Source: the human T2T-CHM13v2.0 reference genome, Homo sapiens
Direction: 5' to 3' (one strand)
DNA: 64,000 bases
NCBI RefSeq assembly: GCF_009914755.1
Contig: NC_060929.1
Shown here: positions 1 through 12,944 of the stretch, in pieces
How positions within the stretch are numbered: position 1 is the first letter of the stretch
How the letters are laid out: each line of letters begins with the position of its first letter
The notes under the pieces: generated by a model
The model's input: the letters and a program-made list of their open reading frames with translations, nothing else
What the model was told of the DNA's origin: nothing
Databases searched by the model: none
Made by a program: the position numbers and the translations under genes

Positions 1-323
1 AGGAGAGGACAGAGCACTTCTGAGGGCCTCCACTTCATGATGACCAAGGGAGCAGAATAATCAGAGAACAGTGAAGGGAGTGAGGATCAAATAGGGACCT
101 TGTGCTAAGAGGTGAAAGTACAATAATTGTTGAAGTTAGTGGGAGAACAGAAAAAATAAAAGGATTTGCTGGCAGCACCTGTGGCTGATCTGAGATGAGA
201 GGCTGTGAGTGTGCAAGGGTGCCAGCATCCACAACCATGTGATGATTTCACAGCAAAACCTGGCCTCCTGGATATGCACAGAGAGAAGTAGAGAGCAGCA
301 CAGATCCAGGACTAGAATATTCT

Positions 324-2838
324 TTTTTTTTTACATTAAAAAAATTATTTAGCTATTTTCAAACATCACGAATATATAACATGAATACGTATGTAATCAT
401 AATCCAGTTTTAACAATCCTCAGCATTTTGCCAATCTTGTTTCTGTTGATTGCATTTAAAGCATTATGATACTTTTATAGTTGGCTCTATAAAAACTCAC
501 AAGACTTATCATGTCTGAGAGCTTGCTTTATGAACATAAATCCAAGTATCAAATGGTCATAAGTCTCATACCAAAGAACAGAATAGAAGATAGCTCTGTG
601 AAACAGTAATGCATTTTTTTGTTTGTTTGTTTTAATTATACTTTAAGTTCTGAGATACATGCGCAAAATGTGCAGGTTTGTTACATAGGTATACATGTGC
701 CATGGTGATGGTTTGCAGCAACCATCAACCCGTCATTTACATTAGGTATTTCTCCTAATGCTATTGCTCCCCTAGCTCTCCACCCCCCGACAGGCCTACG
801 TGTGTGATGCTCCCCTCCTTGTGTCCATGTGCTCCTATTATTCAACTCCCACTTAAGAATAAGAACATGTGGTGTTTGGTTTTCTGCCCCTGTGTTAGTT
901 TGCTGAGAATGATGGTTTCTAGCTTCATCCATGTCCCTGCAAAGGACATAAACTCATCCTTTTTATGACTGCATAGTATTCCATGGTGTATATGTTCCAC
1001 ATTTTTTTTTCCAGTCTATCATTGATGGGAATTTAGGTTGGTTCCAAGTCTTTGTTTTTGGGAATAGTGCTGCAATAAACATGCGCATGTGTCTTTATAG
1101 TAGAATGATTTATAATCCTTTGGGTATATCCCCAGTAATGGGATTTCTGGGTCAAATGGTATTTCTGGTTATAGGTCCTTGAGGAATCACCACACTGTCT
1201 TCCACAATGGTTGAACTAATTTACACTCCCACCAACAGTGTAAAAGTGTTCCTATTTCTCCACATCCTCTCCAGCATCTGTTGTTTCCCAACTTTTTAAT
1301 GATCACCATTCTAACTGGCGTGAGATGGTATCTCATTGTGGTTTTGATTTGCATTTCTCTAATGACCAGTGATGATGAGCTTTTTTTCATGTTTGTTGGC
1401 TGCACAAATGTCTTCTTTTGAGGAGTGTCTGTTCATATCCTTTGCCCACTTTTTGATGGGGCTGTTTTTTTCTTGTAAATTTGTTTAAGTTCCTTGCAGA
1501 TTCTAGATATTAGCCCTTTGTCAGATGGATAGATTGCAAAAATTTTCTCCCATTCTGTAGGTTGCCTGTTCACTCTAATGATAGTTTCTTTTGCTGTACA
1601 GAAGCTCTTTAGTTTAATTAGATCCCATTTGTCAATTTTGGCTTTTGTTGCCATTGCTTTTGGAGTTTTAGTCATGAAGTCTTTGACCATGCCTATGTCC
1701 TGAATGGTATTGCCTAGGTTTTCTTCTAGGGTTTTTATGGTTTTAGGTCTTACGTTTAAGTCTTTAATCCATCTTGAATTGATTTTTGTATAAGGTGTAA
1801 GGAAGGGATCCAGTTTCAGCTTTCTACATATGGTTAGCCAGTTTTCCCAACACCATTTATTAAATAGGGAATCCTTTCCCCATTCTTGTTTTTGTCAAGT
1901 TTGTCAAAGATCAAATGGTTGTACATGTGTGGCATTACTTCTGTGGCCTGTTTTGTTCCATTGGTCTATATATCTGTTTTGGTACCAGTACCATGCTGTT
2001 TTGGTTACTGTAGCCTTGTAGTATAAAGTCAGGTAGTGTCATGCCTCCACCTTTGTTCTGTTTGCTTAGGATTGTGTTGGTGATGTGAGCTTTTATGGTT
2101 CCATATGAAATTGAAAGCAGTTTTTTTACAAATTCTGTGAAGAAAGTCAATGGTAGCTTGATGGCGATAGCATTGAATCTATAAATTACTTTGAGCATTA
2201 TGGCCATTTTCGTGATATTGATTCTTCCTATCCATGAGCATGGAATGTTTTTCCATTTGTTTGTGTCCTCTTTTATTTCCTTGAGCAGTGGTTTGTAGTT
2301 CTCCTTGAAGAGGTCCTTCACATCCTTTGTAAGTTACATTCCTAGGTATTTTATTATCTTTGTAGCAATTGTGAATGGGATTTCAGTCATGATTTGGCTC
2401 TCTGTTTGTCTATTACTGGTGTATAGGAATGCTTGCGAATTTTGCACATTGATTTTGTATCCTGAGACTTTGCTGAAGTTGCTTATTAGCTTAAGGAAAT
2501 TTGGGGCTGAGACAATGGGGTTTTCTAAATATGCAATCATGTTGTCTGCAAACAGACAATTTGACTTCCTGTATTCCTATTTGAATACGTTTTATGTCTT
2601 TCTCTTGCCTGATTGCCCTGGCCAGAACTTCCAATACTATGTTGAATAGGAGTAGTAAGAGAGGGCATCTTTGTCTTGTACCAGTTTTCAAAGGGAATGC
2701 TTCCAGCTTTTGCCCATTAAGTGTGATATCAGCTGTGGGTTTGTCATAAATAGCTCTTATTCTTTTGAGATGCGTTCCATCAATACCTAGTTTATTGAGA
2801 GTTTTTATCATGAATGGGTTTTGAATTTTATCAAAGGG
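324..2838 (-). mobile_element. 5'-truncated LINE-1 (L1PA7-like, body ~633-2837) with internal A-rich tail (614-632), probable 3' transduction (333-612) and terminal poly(A) (324-332)
   Basis: ORF2 C-terminal fragments in the ORF track (2491-2811, 2334-2540, 1935-2321, 1433-1690, 1187-1405) are broken by frameshifts. The 3'UTR resembles L1PA7. TSD CTAGAATATTCT lies at 312-323 and 2839-2850, giving an empty site TTCT/AA. Confidence 0.92.
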
Positions 2839-3034
2839 CTAGAATATTCTAAAGGGAAAAGATGGAAGTAGAACATGCCAACAATGGGGTCCACAAGGGG
2901 TAAAAGTCCAACAGCTTTCCAAAACATTTTTACAATGTGGTATACAAAGAAAGAGATGATGGTTCTACTGTACCAGAAGAAAAATATAGTAGATTAAGAG
3001 TCTAGAAAGTGACTAGCAGAGGTAATGAGATACA

Positions 3035-4140
3035 TTAGCTTGTGAGGTGAGAAAAGCCTTCTCTGATTAGGACCCATCTATGGAAAGATTTGTAAGAAGA
3101 GCATTTCAGCCAGAGGGGACAGCAAATGCAAAAGCCCCAGGGCAAAATTAAACTTGGCCATTTCCCAAAAACAGAAAGGACAGTGAGACTGCAGACCAGT
3201 AAAGTAAAAGGCATGTGTTCCATCATAAGATGAGAACTAGAAGAGGGCAGGGCTCAATTACACACAGGGCATAGACAGACACAACACAGAGCATGAGACT
3301 TACTCCAAGTTCATTGGAAAGCCACTGGAATTTGAAGTATGGAAATGACATGATGTGGTTTACGCCTCAAATGCAAGCTCTGACACATAAGTGAAGAATA
3401 AACTGGGAGTGGGAACATGAGGGCAATGAGAAAGGAAAGTTTTAGAGTCTATTACAAATAGTCTTGGTAAAGATTTTAGAGGCCTGAGCCAGATAGTAGC
3501 TACAAAGAAAAAGAGAAATGGATAGATTCTGGACATATTTTGTTGGTTACACCAAGAGAACTAGCTGAGGGACTGGATGAAAGATAGAAGGTGAAGAAGA
3601 ATCAAAATGGATTCTAGGCATTTGAAACAATTAGGCCACACTGAGGTCTCAAATCACTTAGTCCCTCTACACCTCAGTCTACTCAAGTGTGAAATGGGGA
3701 TGATAATGTTCTCTCTATTCATAACACAAGATTGGGCATAAGAATTTATAGTGAATATGCAAAAGTGCTCAGAACACACACACGAAAATATAAGAATAAG
3801 CATACAGAAAGAAACTGGATGAATTCTGGTGTCCTTTACTGAAATAGAAAGCAAGTTTGCAAGGAAAAAATCAAGAGTCCTTCTTTTCATATGTTAAATT
3901 AAAGACGTCCATTAGAGTTTCAAGTGGTGATGGATGTCAAGAAAACAATTGAATACACAGTTCTTGAGTTCTAGAGGGAGGGCATGTTTAGCAATATGAA
4001 CATGGAAGCCAGAATGCAGGTGGTCCAAGCCACCAGTTCAGGTGAATTGATGTAGACAGAATATAAGACAGAAATGGAGGAAGCCAGGAACAAGACCTAG
4101 GGAGAAACACTGAAATGGAGGTGCCAGAGCCTGAAGCAGG
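3035..4140 (-). mobile_element. LINE-2 fragment, interrupted at 3625-3811 by a local duplication
   Basis: Purine-rich text typical of antisense L2 (gaagagcatttcagccagaggggacagcaaatgcaaaagcccc; ggaaagccactggaatttgaag; gatagattctggacatatt). Boundaries approximate. Confidence 0.7.
3625..3811. repeat. ~187-bp direct duplicate of 4662-4853 (MIR-derived core)
   Basis: Visual alignment gives about 90% identity with three small indels. Confidence 0.93.
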
Positions 4141-4661
4141 TTTCCTTGCTATCCTCTCTCCCCTGCACCATGCACATTGTTTTTTGACCTCCTCTTTGCC
4201 CATTTGGCACCTGTACCCTACAACATATGCCTCCCTGAAACATTTCTTCTGGCCTTTACAGACCTAAAATACATGCACGCTTCAGAGACAGGCATGAAAC
4301 TGGAAGATATTAGCACACAATGACCTTTCCTACCTTTGACTCTTGTATTAGAGATGACAGGTGGATGACTGAGCAACTTTTCCATGCTAGGCATCCACTG
4401 TGTTCGCCTGTTGTGCATTCCTTTAATTTCTACATTTCAACCCAAAGGATAGTCTCATATGATGAAGAAAAAAAAAAAAACAAAACATGTTCAGTGAAGT
4501 GACATATACCAATTAAGCAACAGCTCTTGGAATAGAAAGCAGTTTGTTCTTCTTTATGCTTCATTTTTTTCTGCCATATTATCAAATAGGCTCACATGTA
4601 CAATGCTCATTTCCCCAGGGGGAACAAGAACTCCACAAAGCCAGGGATCAAAGAGCTCAGC

Positions 4662-4853
4662 AAACCATTAGGCCACATTGAGATCTCAAACAAATCACTT
4701 AACCCCTCTATACCTCAGTCTACTCAAGTGTGAAATGGGGATAATAATATTCTCTCTATTCATAACACAGGATTGTATGGGCATAAGGATTTATAATGAA
4801 TATGCAAAAGTGTTCAGAACACACAAAAAATGTAAGAATAAGCATACAGAAAG
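4662..4853. repeat. Probable donor copy of the 3625-3811 duplicate (MIR-like)
   Basis: Same alignment; contains the MIR core tcacttaacc...ctcagt...gtgaaatggggataataat. Confidence 0.9.
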
Positions 4854-5552
4854 CTATCATTCCAGTTCAGGGTCCTTAAGTGGCCCACAGTAGTAATTGG
4901 TTCATCGAGACAGAATTGTATTTAGAAGGATCTTTTTCAAGGGGAATGTTATCAAGTTGTTAAATTATTTGGCGAACTAAGAGCTTCATTAAGTCCAAGC
5001 TCATAAACATTTGCCAGATTGTTATAGCTTTAGTCCAGATGTTAAATTTTTCTTTTCCAATTTTCCCATAAGTATTTAGCAGGTCATCCTGTATAGGGTT
5101 TCATCCTTAGATTAATTGTCCCATTGACCTAAGGAATTTGAGAATCTGTGCACCATTATAAACTAACCACACTAATTTTTTTTAATACAATTGTACACTT
5201 CAGGAAATAATGTGACTTATCCAAGATAACAACCCTCCAACTGACTACACACATGTTCTCTCTCCCTTTCTCTCCCTCTTCCCATCTGAAGTTTGTGAGC
5301 CTTTGTTTCTCCCAGAGCATCATGGATTAAAGGTAAAATATCCTTAGAATTCTAGCACATCAAATTTGAAAGGGAACTTGGCAATTCAAAAAAGGACTAT
5401 ACAAACTTATCAGATTTCCCTCCCTCCCTCCCCTGCATTTTCTCCTCCTGTTTCCTCTCCCTCTCCCCCTTCCACCTTTCTGTCTTGTGCCTTTAAAAAA
5501 AAAAAAATTCTTTCCTGCATCCTCCTTGCAGGGCAAGTATCTTTGGCTATAC

Positions 5553-7336
5553 TAGAGATTCTCAAACTTTTTAGATTCAGGACCACTTTGTACTCTTAAA
5601 AATTACTGCAGACTCCAAATAACTTTTATTATGTTGGTTTTATCTACCAACATGTTCATATTAGAAATTAAACAAAACAGTGTTAACATATTTAATCTGT
5701 TAATATACAAATTATTTTTATCCTTTGTGTTACAAAAATTCCAATTATACTCTTATTTTTAAATGTATAAGAAATTATTGTTGACTGTAGTTATCCTGTT
5801 GTGCTATCAACTATTAGATCTTATTCTAACTATAAAAAATAATTACCAAAATAAAAAAATAGTATGACATTGTTTTACATTTTTGCAAATCTCCTATTTG
5901 GCTTAATAAAAAAGAAATGAATCCTATATTTTTTGTGATATCTTATTTTGGTTGAAATATAAAGAAGATCTATCTCACAAAGATATATACTGTAGCTGTA
6001 AAAGAATGGAATATTTTCACAGCTTTTTCAAGATAATTGTGGATGTTCTTTGATATTACACTAAAACTCAGGAAGTGGTAGATTTTGTCATTATTTCTAT
6101 TGTGGAAACAAACCATATTAATATAATTTTGTACTTTATTGCATTTAAATTCATTGGTCATCTTGCACTTTAAATGTATCTTTAGCCATGTATGATTTTA
6201 TAAAGCATGTATTGGTCACTTGGAAATATTGTTTACCTGACCAATGCAAATCTTCTGAATGTTGACATAATTCATCAGAAAATATTAAAAATCACATTCA
6301 TTAATATCATCTCCAATTTTAGCAGAACAGTCTGAGCTCTAGGAAGCTATTAAGCTCACTGCAGAGGCAGATAATGAGTTTTCTAAAATTCTAAATATTG
6401 CCTCATGCTCGAAATTTCATCATTGGTAACAAATATTATCAAATTATTTTCCTCAAAATGACAAGCTCAGTTTGTTCATTTTTTAAGAAAATGTTGGCCA
6501 AATACCCAAGTTTGCATAACCATAGTGATATGATTGGGCTGTATCCTCACCCAAATCTCATCTTGAATTGTAGTTCCCATAATCCCCATGTGTCATGGAA
6601 GGGACCCAGTGGGAGGTAATTGAATCATGGGGATGGGTTTTGCCGGTGCTGTTCTCATGATAGTGAATAAGTCTCATGAGATCTGATGCTTTTATAAAGA
6701 GCAGTTTACCTGCACATGCTCTTTTGCCTGCTGCCATGTAAGACATGTCTTTGCTCCTCCTTCAGCTTCCGCCATGATTGCAAGGCCTCCCCAGCCATGT
6801 GGAACTGTGAGTCTATTAAATCTCCTTTCCTTTATAAATTACCTAGCCTCAGGTATGTCGCTATTAGCAGCATGAGAACAGGCAGTTTACACAGTTTGTT
6901 TATCAATCTTCTTTATTTAAAAAGGGAGCTCCATGAAAAAAACTGCTAGTCCAGATTATAGTTCAAACAATAGTATGATTTTTCCTGAAACAACCATTAT
7001 ACTTCAGTGTGCTGTGAAAGTGCTTTAGAAATACTTCCCATTTCATCACATTGCATAATAAAAAGATGTATATTCAAGGATCTAGATTTAATAATATTAA
7101 CCATTTCTACTGCTTCATGTAGAACATTCTAAGTAAAACTTGACTTATTTTTCATTTTACATTCAAGTGTGAGCTAACAAAGAATACAATGACTCCTAGA
7201 ACGGCTTGGTGCCACTGCCTTGCACTGTGTGCTAAGGTACAAAAAGTTTTCCATTGTTTTTGCACCATTAGTCAAATGCCAACGGTGGAAAAAAAAAGTG
7301 TCCTGGTGTTAATACAAATCAGTTTAAGAACTGCTG
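5553..7336. mobile_element. hAT-Charlie1-type DNA transposon fossil with nested L1MA fragment (~5700-5835) and THE1 LTR
   Basis: Left end tagagattctcaaactttt...tactcttaaaaatta and right end tttaagaactgctg resemble Charlie1 TIRs. Degenerate 8-bp flanks ggctatac / agttacac. Confidence 0.75.
6526..6891 (+). mobile_element. THE1 (THE1B/C-like) MaLR solo LTR
   Basis: Begins tgatatgattgggctgtatcctcacccaaatctcatcttgaattgtagttccc; has the typical ccagccatgtggaactgtgagtc and tttataaattacc 3' part. Confidence 0.9.
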
Positions 7337-8521
7337 AGTTACACAGTGATGTAGATCTTTGTAGCAAAATGATATCCTTTAATGTGGAGAGGAGAAAACT
7401 TCTAACAGATTTTCAAGAACCAAGATACACTTACTGTGACCATTCAAGGAGGCATTTTGAGGCCATAGAGGAGGGACAAATACACATAAAGGAAGAAGAT
7501 ATTCTTCAACCCTCCTACACACAGAAATGAGACACTCAAATACCCCTCAACACAAAGGCCTAAAACTTTATGCCAGGTACTTGCCACCTAAGAGATGCAT
7601 TTTTAAACTAATAGAGCTGACTAATTTTCCCTAGCACAAACACCTCTTATGTTTGACTTCCTACACACCAAGCACTTTTTGAGGCACCTGAGCTGCACCA
7701 TTATTAAACCTCACCACAAACCTACACTGTAGGGAATGATATATTCACTATTTACAGGATGGCTCAGAAAGGTTTAGTGACTTACCTGAAGTTAGACAAT
7801 GGTGGACCCTGGATTCATTCCCAGGCATTCAGGCTTCATAGTCCCCTCCACTCTATCAAAAGCTGGAGTCATCCCTCTGGACACAATTCTGTGGGTGATT
7901 TGCCCCTGGTGTCTGGAGATAATCCCATTTAATGGGAGAATCAATCTCCTCTGGATCATCATAGAGAAGTGGTAACAAGGCATGTTTTTTTCAATAGCTT
8001 CAGAGAAAGGGAATTTCTTTCATTAGCATAAGAATGAGCTCCATGGTAATTATTTACCAAAAGATTTTATGCCCAAGCCCTTCTGTAGGCTCTTTTTATT
8101 TTGTTACTGATGTTGTTCATTTTCTATTTGAAAATTAACACAACCAGAGGGCTCAGGCACAGTGTTTGTCCAAGGCACTACTAGAGGTGAATGTATATCT
8201 CACCCAGATCCAGTACTGAAACAACTAAGTGCCCCCTGTCCACTGAAAACCCACAAGGCTGAAAACCCCTCATTATTCCATGGTAACAATGGCTCATCAT
8301 TCTCTCTAAATGCACAGCCTGTGCACATGGTGTTCTCTGGGCTGGGACAACCTCTCTACTACCTCCACTGTAGTCAAGCCCTATTTACTTCTCAGCTCTC
8401 ATACCCTGTCCTGTAGGAAACCTTCACTCACTCACCAGGTTAGGTGAGGTGACACTTCTGTGTTCTTTCATGAGACTCTGTACTTACCCTCAACAAGGCA
8501 AGATTGTCACTTTGTACCTAT

Positions 8522-9398
8522 TGTAAACCAAGAATGAAATTCTAAGCCCTGCAACCAACTGGATGGATCCCTCCTCTCAGCCAAGGGCATTCCAAAGTAA
8601 AACTTAAAAACTAGTTCTGGCCATGATGAGAAGGAGGACCCAGACATGCCTCATTAGACCTGCCTCTTTTTGAAATTCAGGTACAACTGACCAACACTGA
8701 CATTGAAACAAAGTTCTTAAGACTGACAGAATAGACCGTTGCAATGAGATACCAAATTCCAATCTGACTCTAGCATAGGGTCTCATGACAGATAGCAGGC
8801 CCTGAAAAAAATCTAAATATCTTTCTTCAAAATATATTTCTTTGACACATTTTGAAATGGTCCTGCAAAACTGTCTTTTATGGGAAAAATCTACATTCTA
8901 TAGAGAATCCCTTTCCCTTTCCAGGTTATTTCCCGATCCAGACTCTGGATCAGAAAAAGGTGCTTAAGAGTCTGGCACCTTTTAGGTCTGATTGAGGCAT
9001 TTAACATCTATTATCTCTAAAGCCTGATACCTGAAGGCTTTATCTGCATAGTAAGAACCTTGGTCTTAACCCAGACACTTCTTTCTATTGATTCCAAGTC
9101 TTCAGATAATAACTTTCAATCAGTTGCCAATCAGAAAATCTTTGAATCTATCTATGACCTGGAAGACCCTGCCTCAAGTTGTCCCATCTTCCCAGACTAA
9201 ACCAACATCCACCTTACATGTATTGATATCTGCCGATAGCTCTGTCCCTCTAATATGTGCAAAAATCAAGCTGTATTCCAAGCACCTTGGGCACGTGTTC
9301 AGGATTTCCTGGAGCGTGTCATGGGCTTTGGTCACTCATATTTGGCTCAGAATGAGGCTCTGTAAAAATTTTACAGAGTTTGACTCTTTTCAACCGCA
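8522..9398 (+). mobile_element. MER4-family (MER4D-like) ERV1 solo LTR inserted in an L2 3' end
   Basis: TG...CA termini (tgtaaaccaagaatgaaattctaagccc ... tttgactcttttcaaccgca). 4-bp TSD CTAT at 8518-8521 and 9399-9402. Confidence 0.88.
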
Positions 9399-11817
9399 CT
9401 ATTCTTCTGTATCTAATGGTAGGCTGGAAACTCCATGAGGGCAGAATCTGAACTGTCTTCACTGTTGTAATTCCAAAATCTGGCTTATACAAAAATATGA
9501 GGGTGAGAGAAAAAAAGAGCAAAGCAACTGGGTGGACAAGAGACAGAGTCAGGAATTATTAGTGACCTTGTCCTGTTGTCCTGTAGAGTATGCGCAGGTC
9601 CTCAGATGAGCCTACTGTCCATGCCTTTCCTTAGAAGGCAACAACAATCAGTCTCAGGATACTTTTTTTTTTCTCTCCAGAGAAAACAAAGATGATGGAT
9701 GATGTGCTTAAGCTTTTGGTAAATTTCTGATGCATGGCATGTCTGATATCTTCCTTTTTGAATATTTCTAAAGGGAGATGAGAGGATGCTCCTGTCCCCT
9801 TTCCCCCTTCCATGATGAGGTTTGAGTCCTCATGCAACCTTGTGAGCCTGCACCTGCCATGTACACCATACTTCATGCATTCCATTTGGGTGTGTAGTAC
9901 TCCATCTCTTTGTTTCCTTCTCTGCTTGTATTCCTGGGGAGAAGAATCATCTTATTTGTCCTTTTAAACCCAGAGTCTACCACAGCAAATGAAACACTGC
10001 AGGCTCTTCATAGAGGTTCTCTGAGTTGAATTAGCAGGTCTGGCTAAGTGGATGTCGTAGTGGTAGGGGAAACACTCTGTGCAAGATAACAGGGTCTGTA
10101 TAATAAGAACAGGCACTGCCAGAGTTCAGAGATTTTACCAACAAACCAAGGCAGTAGAAAAACAGCTACCACATACAACAAAAGCAAGCCAGAACATGCC
10201 ACACTACTAAGTGGTATGATGATCCTACATTTAAAAAATTTCCACTTAATAAATGCTTTCTATATGCTGGGTACTGTGAAAAGGGTTTACATAAATTATG
10301 TATTTATCCCCAACTTTACAGAGAGGATAACTGAGGATCAGAGACTCACCTAATACCACATGGCTAGTTAAGCTGCAGAGCAGGCCTTGAGACCCTCTTC
10401 TGTCTGTCTCCATAGCCATGGTTTAAGTCTCAACACAACAATGGCCCTTTGCTTTGCCCTATTATTGTTCAGTGTGGCTCTGTGTGGCCTGCTCCCGAGC
10501 TGGCCAAGAGGTCTTGTGGCATCTGGCAGGCTATATGAAAGCACCTGCAGTGACATTCATAGTCCTAGTTAATGTCCACCTGCCTGTTTTTTGCTACATC
10601 TACTTGTCCCTGATAGACCAGACATTTCCCTCTTTCCAGTTTCAAGTTCTCAGGAATATGTTCTCTGAAATTGGAAGGGAACAAATAGGGATTGAATCAG
10701 AGCTGACCCTTCTCCTGGCTCTATTTGGTTCTTTCATTCTTAACAGAGAACAGAAAATGAGACCCAGGTTACATTATCCACTCACTGTGACTCTCATTAT
10801 CGCTGTCACACATCTGTTTTCATTTAGTTGCAAAGCAGTATGGTCCCAATTTTTTGATAATTCACATACATGAAAACACGAATTGCACATAAACACAAAC
10901 ATGTATGTATGAACCTGCAAGAAAATACACTAAAACGGATGGTGAGAATAAAAGCACTTTTAATTTCCATGTTTATATTTTCCTATTTCCTCTTTATTTT
11001 CTACAATGAATGTTACTTTTATAATCAAGAAAAAGTAAAGCACTAAATACTATCCCCAAAATCTCAGCGGAATAGGAGTCAGAAAAGCTGAAAATAAGAG
11101 CTACTCTCATTTTTACCCGCAGTGAAACAAGGAACAAGCCACTTAATTTCTCTAAGAACTCAGATTCATAAACTATTAAATGAGAGTGCTGATTCCTAAT
11201 GGCTTCAAAAGAATTGTCATGAGGATTAGAGGAATAACTTACATCAAAGTACTTGTTAAACTATAAACAAACCTGTGACGGCATCGTTCTTATTTAACAG
11301 TGAAGGTTATTACTTGGGAGTAATAGTTTTGGAAGCTCTATCGCACTGCTGAATCTACCAGAGATCTGAATAATAGTCCCCCTCAGAACAACTGAGTTCT
11401 TGAATTCAAAGCTTTAAAATGATATGGCTTTCTCTGGGAGGTTATATCATCTTTTCCTTACCCCAGATGTTTATTTTCAATTGGACATCCCCAGAGACAC
11501 TAATGGGCTTGACAATTATTAACAGAAGGAGGAAGGGAGAAAGGAATATAACATGCTGGGTTAAAACAGCTTTTATTTCCTAGATATACAAATAATAAGA
11601 CATACAGTTAAGTAAGAGGTGGAATGCCCCCCAAAGAAAAAAAATTAGACTCTAAAATTGCTTTGTTAGGTATATTTTTACTTTGATTCAAAATGTCCGT
11701 GTCAACCTCTTCATGTGCTGGGTTTTAAGGAAGAATAATGAAGGCTAAAAGCAGCCAAGCACATAAAGTTGGGTAGGAAGGGGAATGGGGAAAGTTAAAA
11801 CCTTTAAAAAAGCATGG

Positions 11818-12130
11818 AGCTGGGCACCCTGGCTCACATCTGTAATCCCAGTACTTTGGGAGGCCAAAACAGGAGGATCGCTTGAGACCAAGTGTTCAAG
11901 ACCAGCCTTGGCAGGCAACACAGAGAGGCCTTGTTTCTAAAAAACAAAAACAAACAAACAAACAAAATTAGCTGGGTGGTGGCGCATACTTGCAGTCCTA
12001 GCTACTCAAGGAGGCTAAGGTGGGAGACCGCTTGAGCCTGGGAGGTCAAGGCTGCAGTGAGCTATAATTGCATCACTGAACTCCAGCCTGGACAGAAGCG
12101 AGATCCTGTTTCAAAAAAAAAAAAAAAAAA
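11818..12130 (+). mobile_element. AluJ
   Basis: Dimeric Alu with AluJ-type ggaggatcgcttgag / aggctgcagtgagctat, poly(A), and TSD-like aaaaagcatgga / aaattgcatgga. Confidence 0.93.
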
Positions 12131-12314
12131 TTGCATGGACCATCTTTATTCATCACCCCAGCCTTATTATCTAGAAATCATACTAAAAATGTTGTTTTTT
12201 CTTAAGAACAATGGACAGATACAAAGAAGAACGGGCAGGGGAGTGGAAAGATCAAATTTAAGTTTTAAGTGAAAAATAAGCATAATTAGCAGTAGCTTTC
12301 ATACAAGCTGAAGG

Positions 12315-12535
12315 GTGTTTAATTGACAATAATTATGCATATATGGAGTAAAAAGTGATATTTTTATACATGTATACAATGTGCAATGATCAAATCAGGA
12401 TAATTAGCATGTCTATCACCTCAAACACTTATATCTAGTTGGGAGTTTGTGTCCATTAACTAATCTCTCTGTAGTATCCCCTTTCTCCTACCCTAGAAAG
12501 CCTCTAATAACCACAATTCTGCTCTCCGCTTGGAT
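12315..12535 (-). mobile_element. L1MA-type 3' end fragment
   Basis: tttaattgacaataattatgcatat...atgatcaaatcaggataattagcatgtctatcacctcaaacactt. Confidence 0.7.
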
Positions 12536-12944
12536 ATCACTATCTAAATAAACTGAAAACACACTTCTGACCCAGGAATAAGACAGTATTCCAACAAAAC
12601 ACTGAGTTTTAAGTTATTTATGAAGACATAATCTGTTATAGAAATCATGCTACACTACTTAACAACAACAAACGGATATAAAGAAATATTCCTTGGGCAG
12701 AACAACTTTTTGTGGAGTAAACACATAAAACAACATCAGTACATGACTGTGTTTATTCCCTCAAGCCATCTCTTGTTATTAACAAAAAATATTTAATAGT
12801 ACTGGCTTCTATACTGAAAAGAAGGTATCCTTTGTGTGTAAAAACTATCAAGAGAAAGGATATATAATTGTTCTTTATACTTTTATCTAGCATTATTTTA
12901 TCTGTAACTTTTAGCATTAAAATATGAAAACACAAGATATTACT

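Noticed and set aside
10454-10873. 139-aa hydrophobic ORF and overlapping signal-peptide-like 61-aa ORF
   Set aside because: Non-ATG starts in the track and no recognisable homology. The hydrophobicity reflects T-rich DNA.
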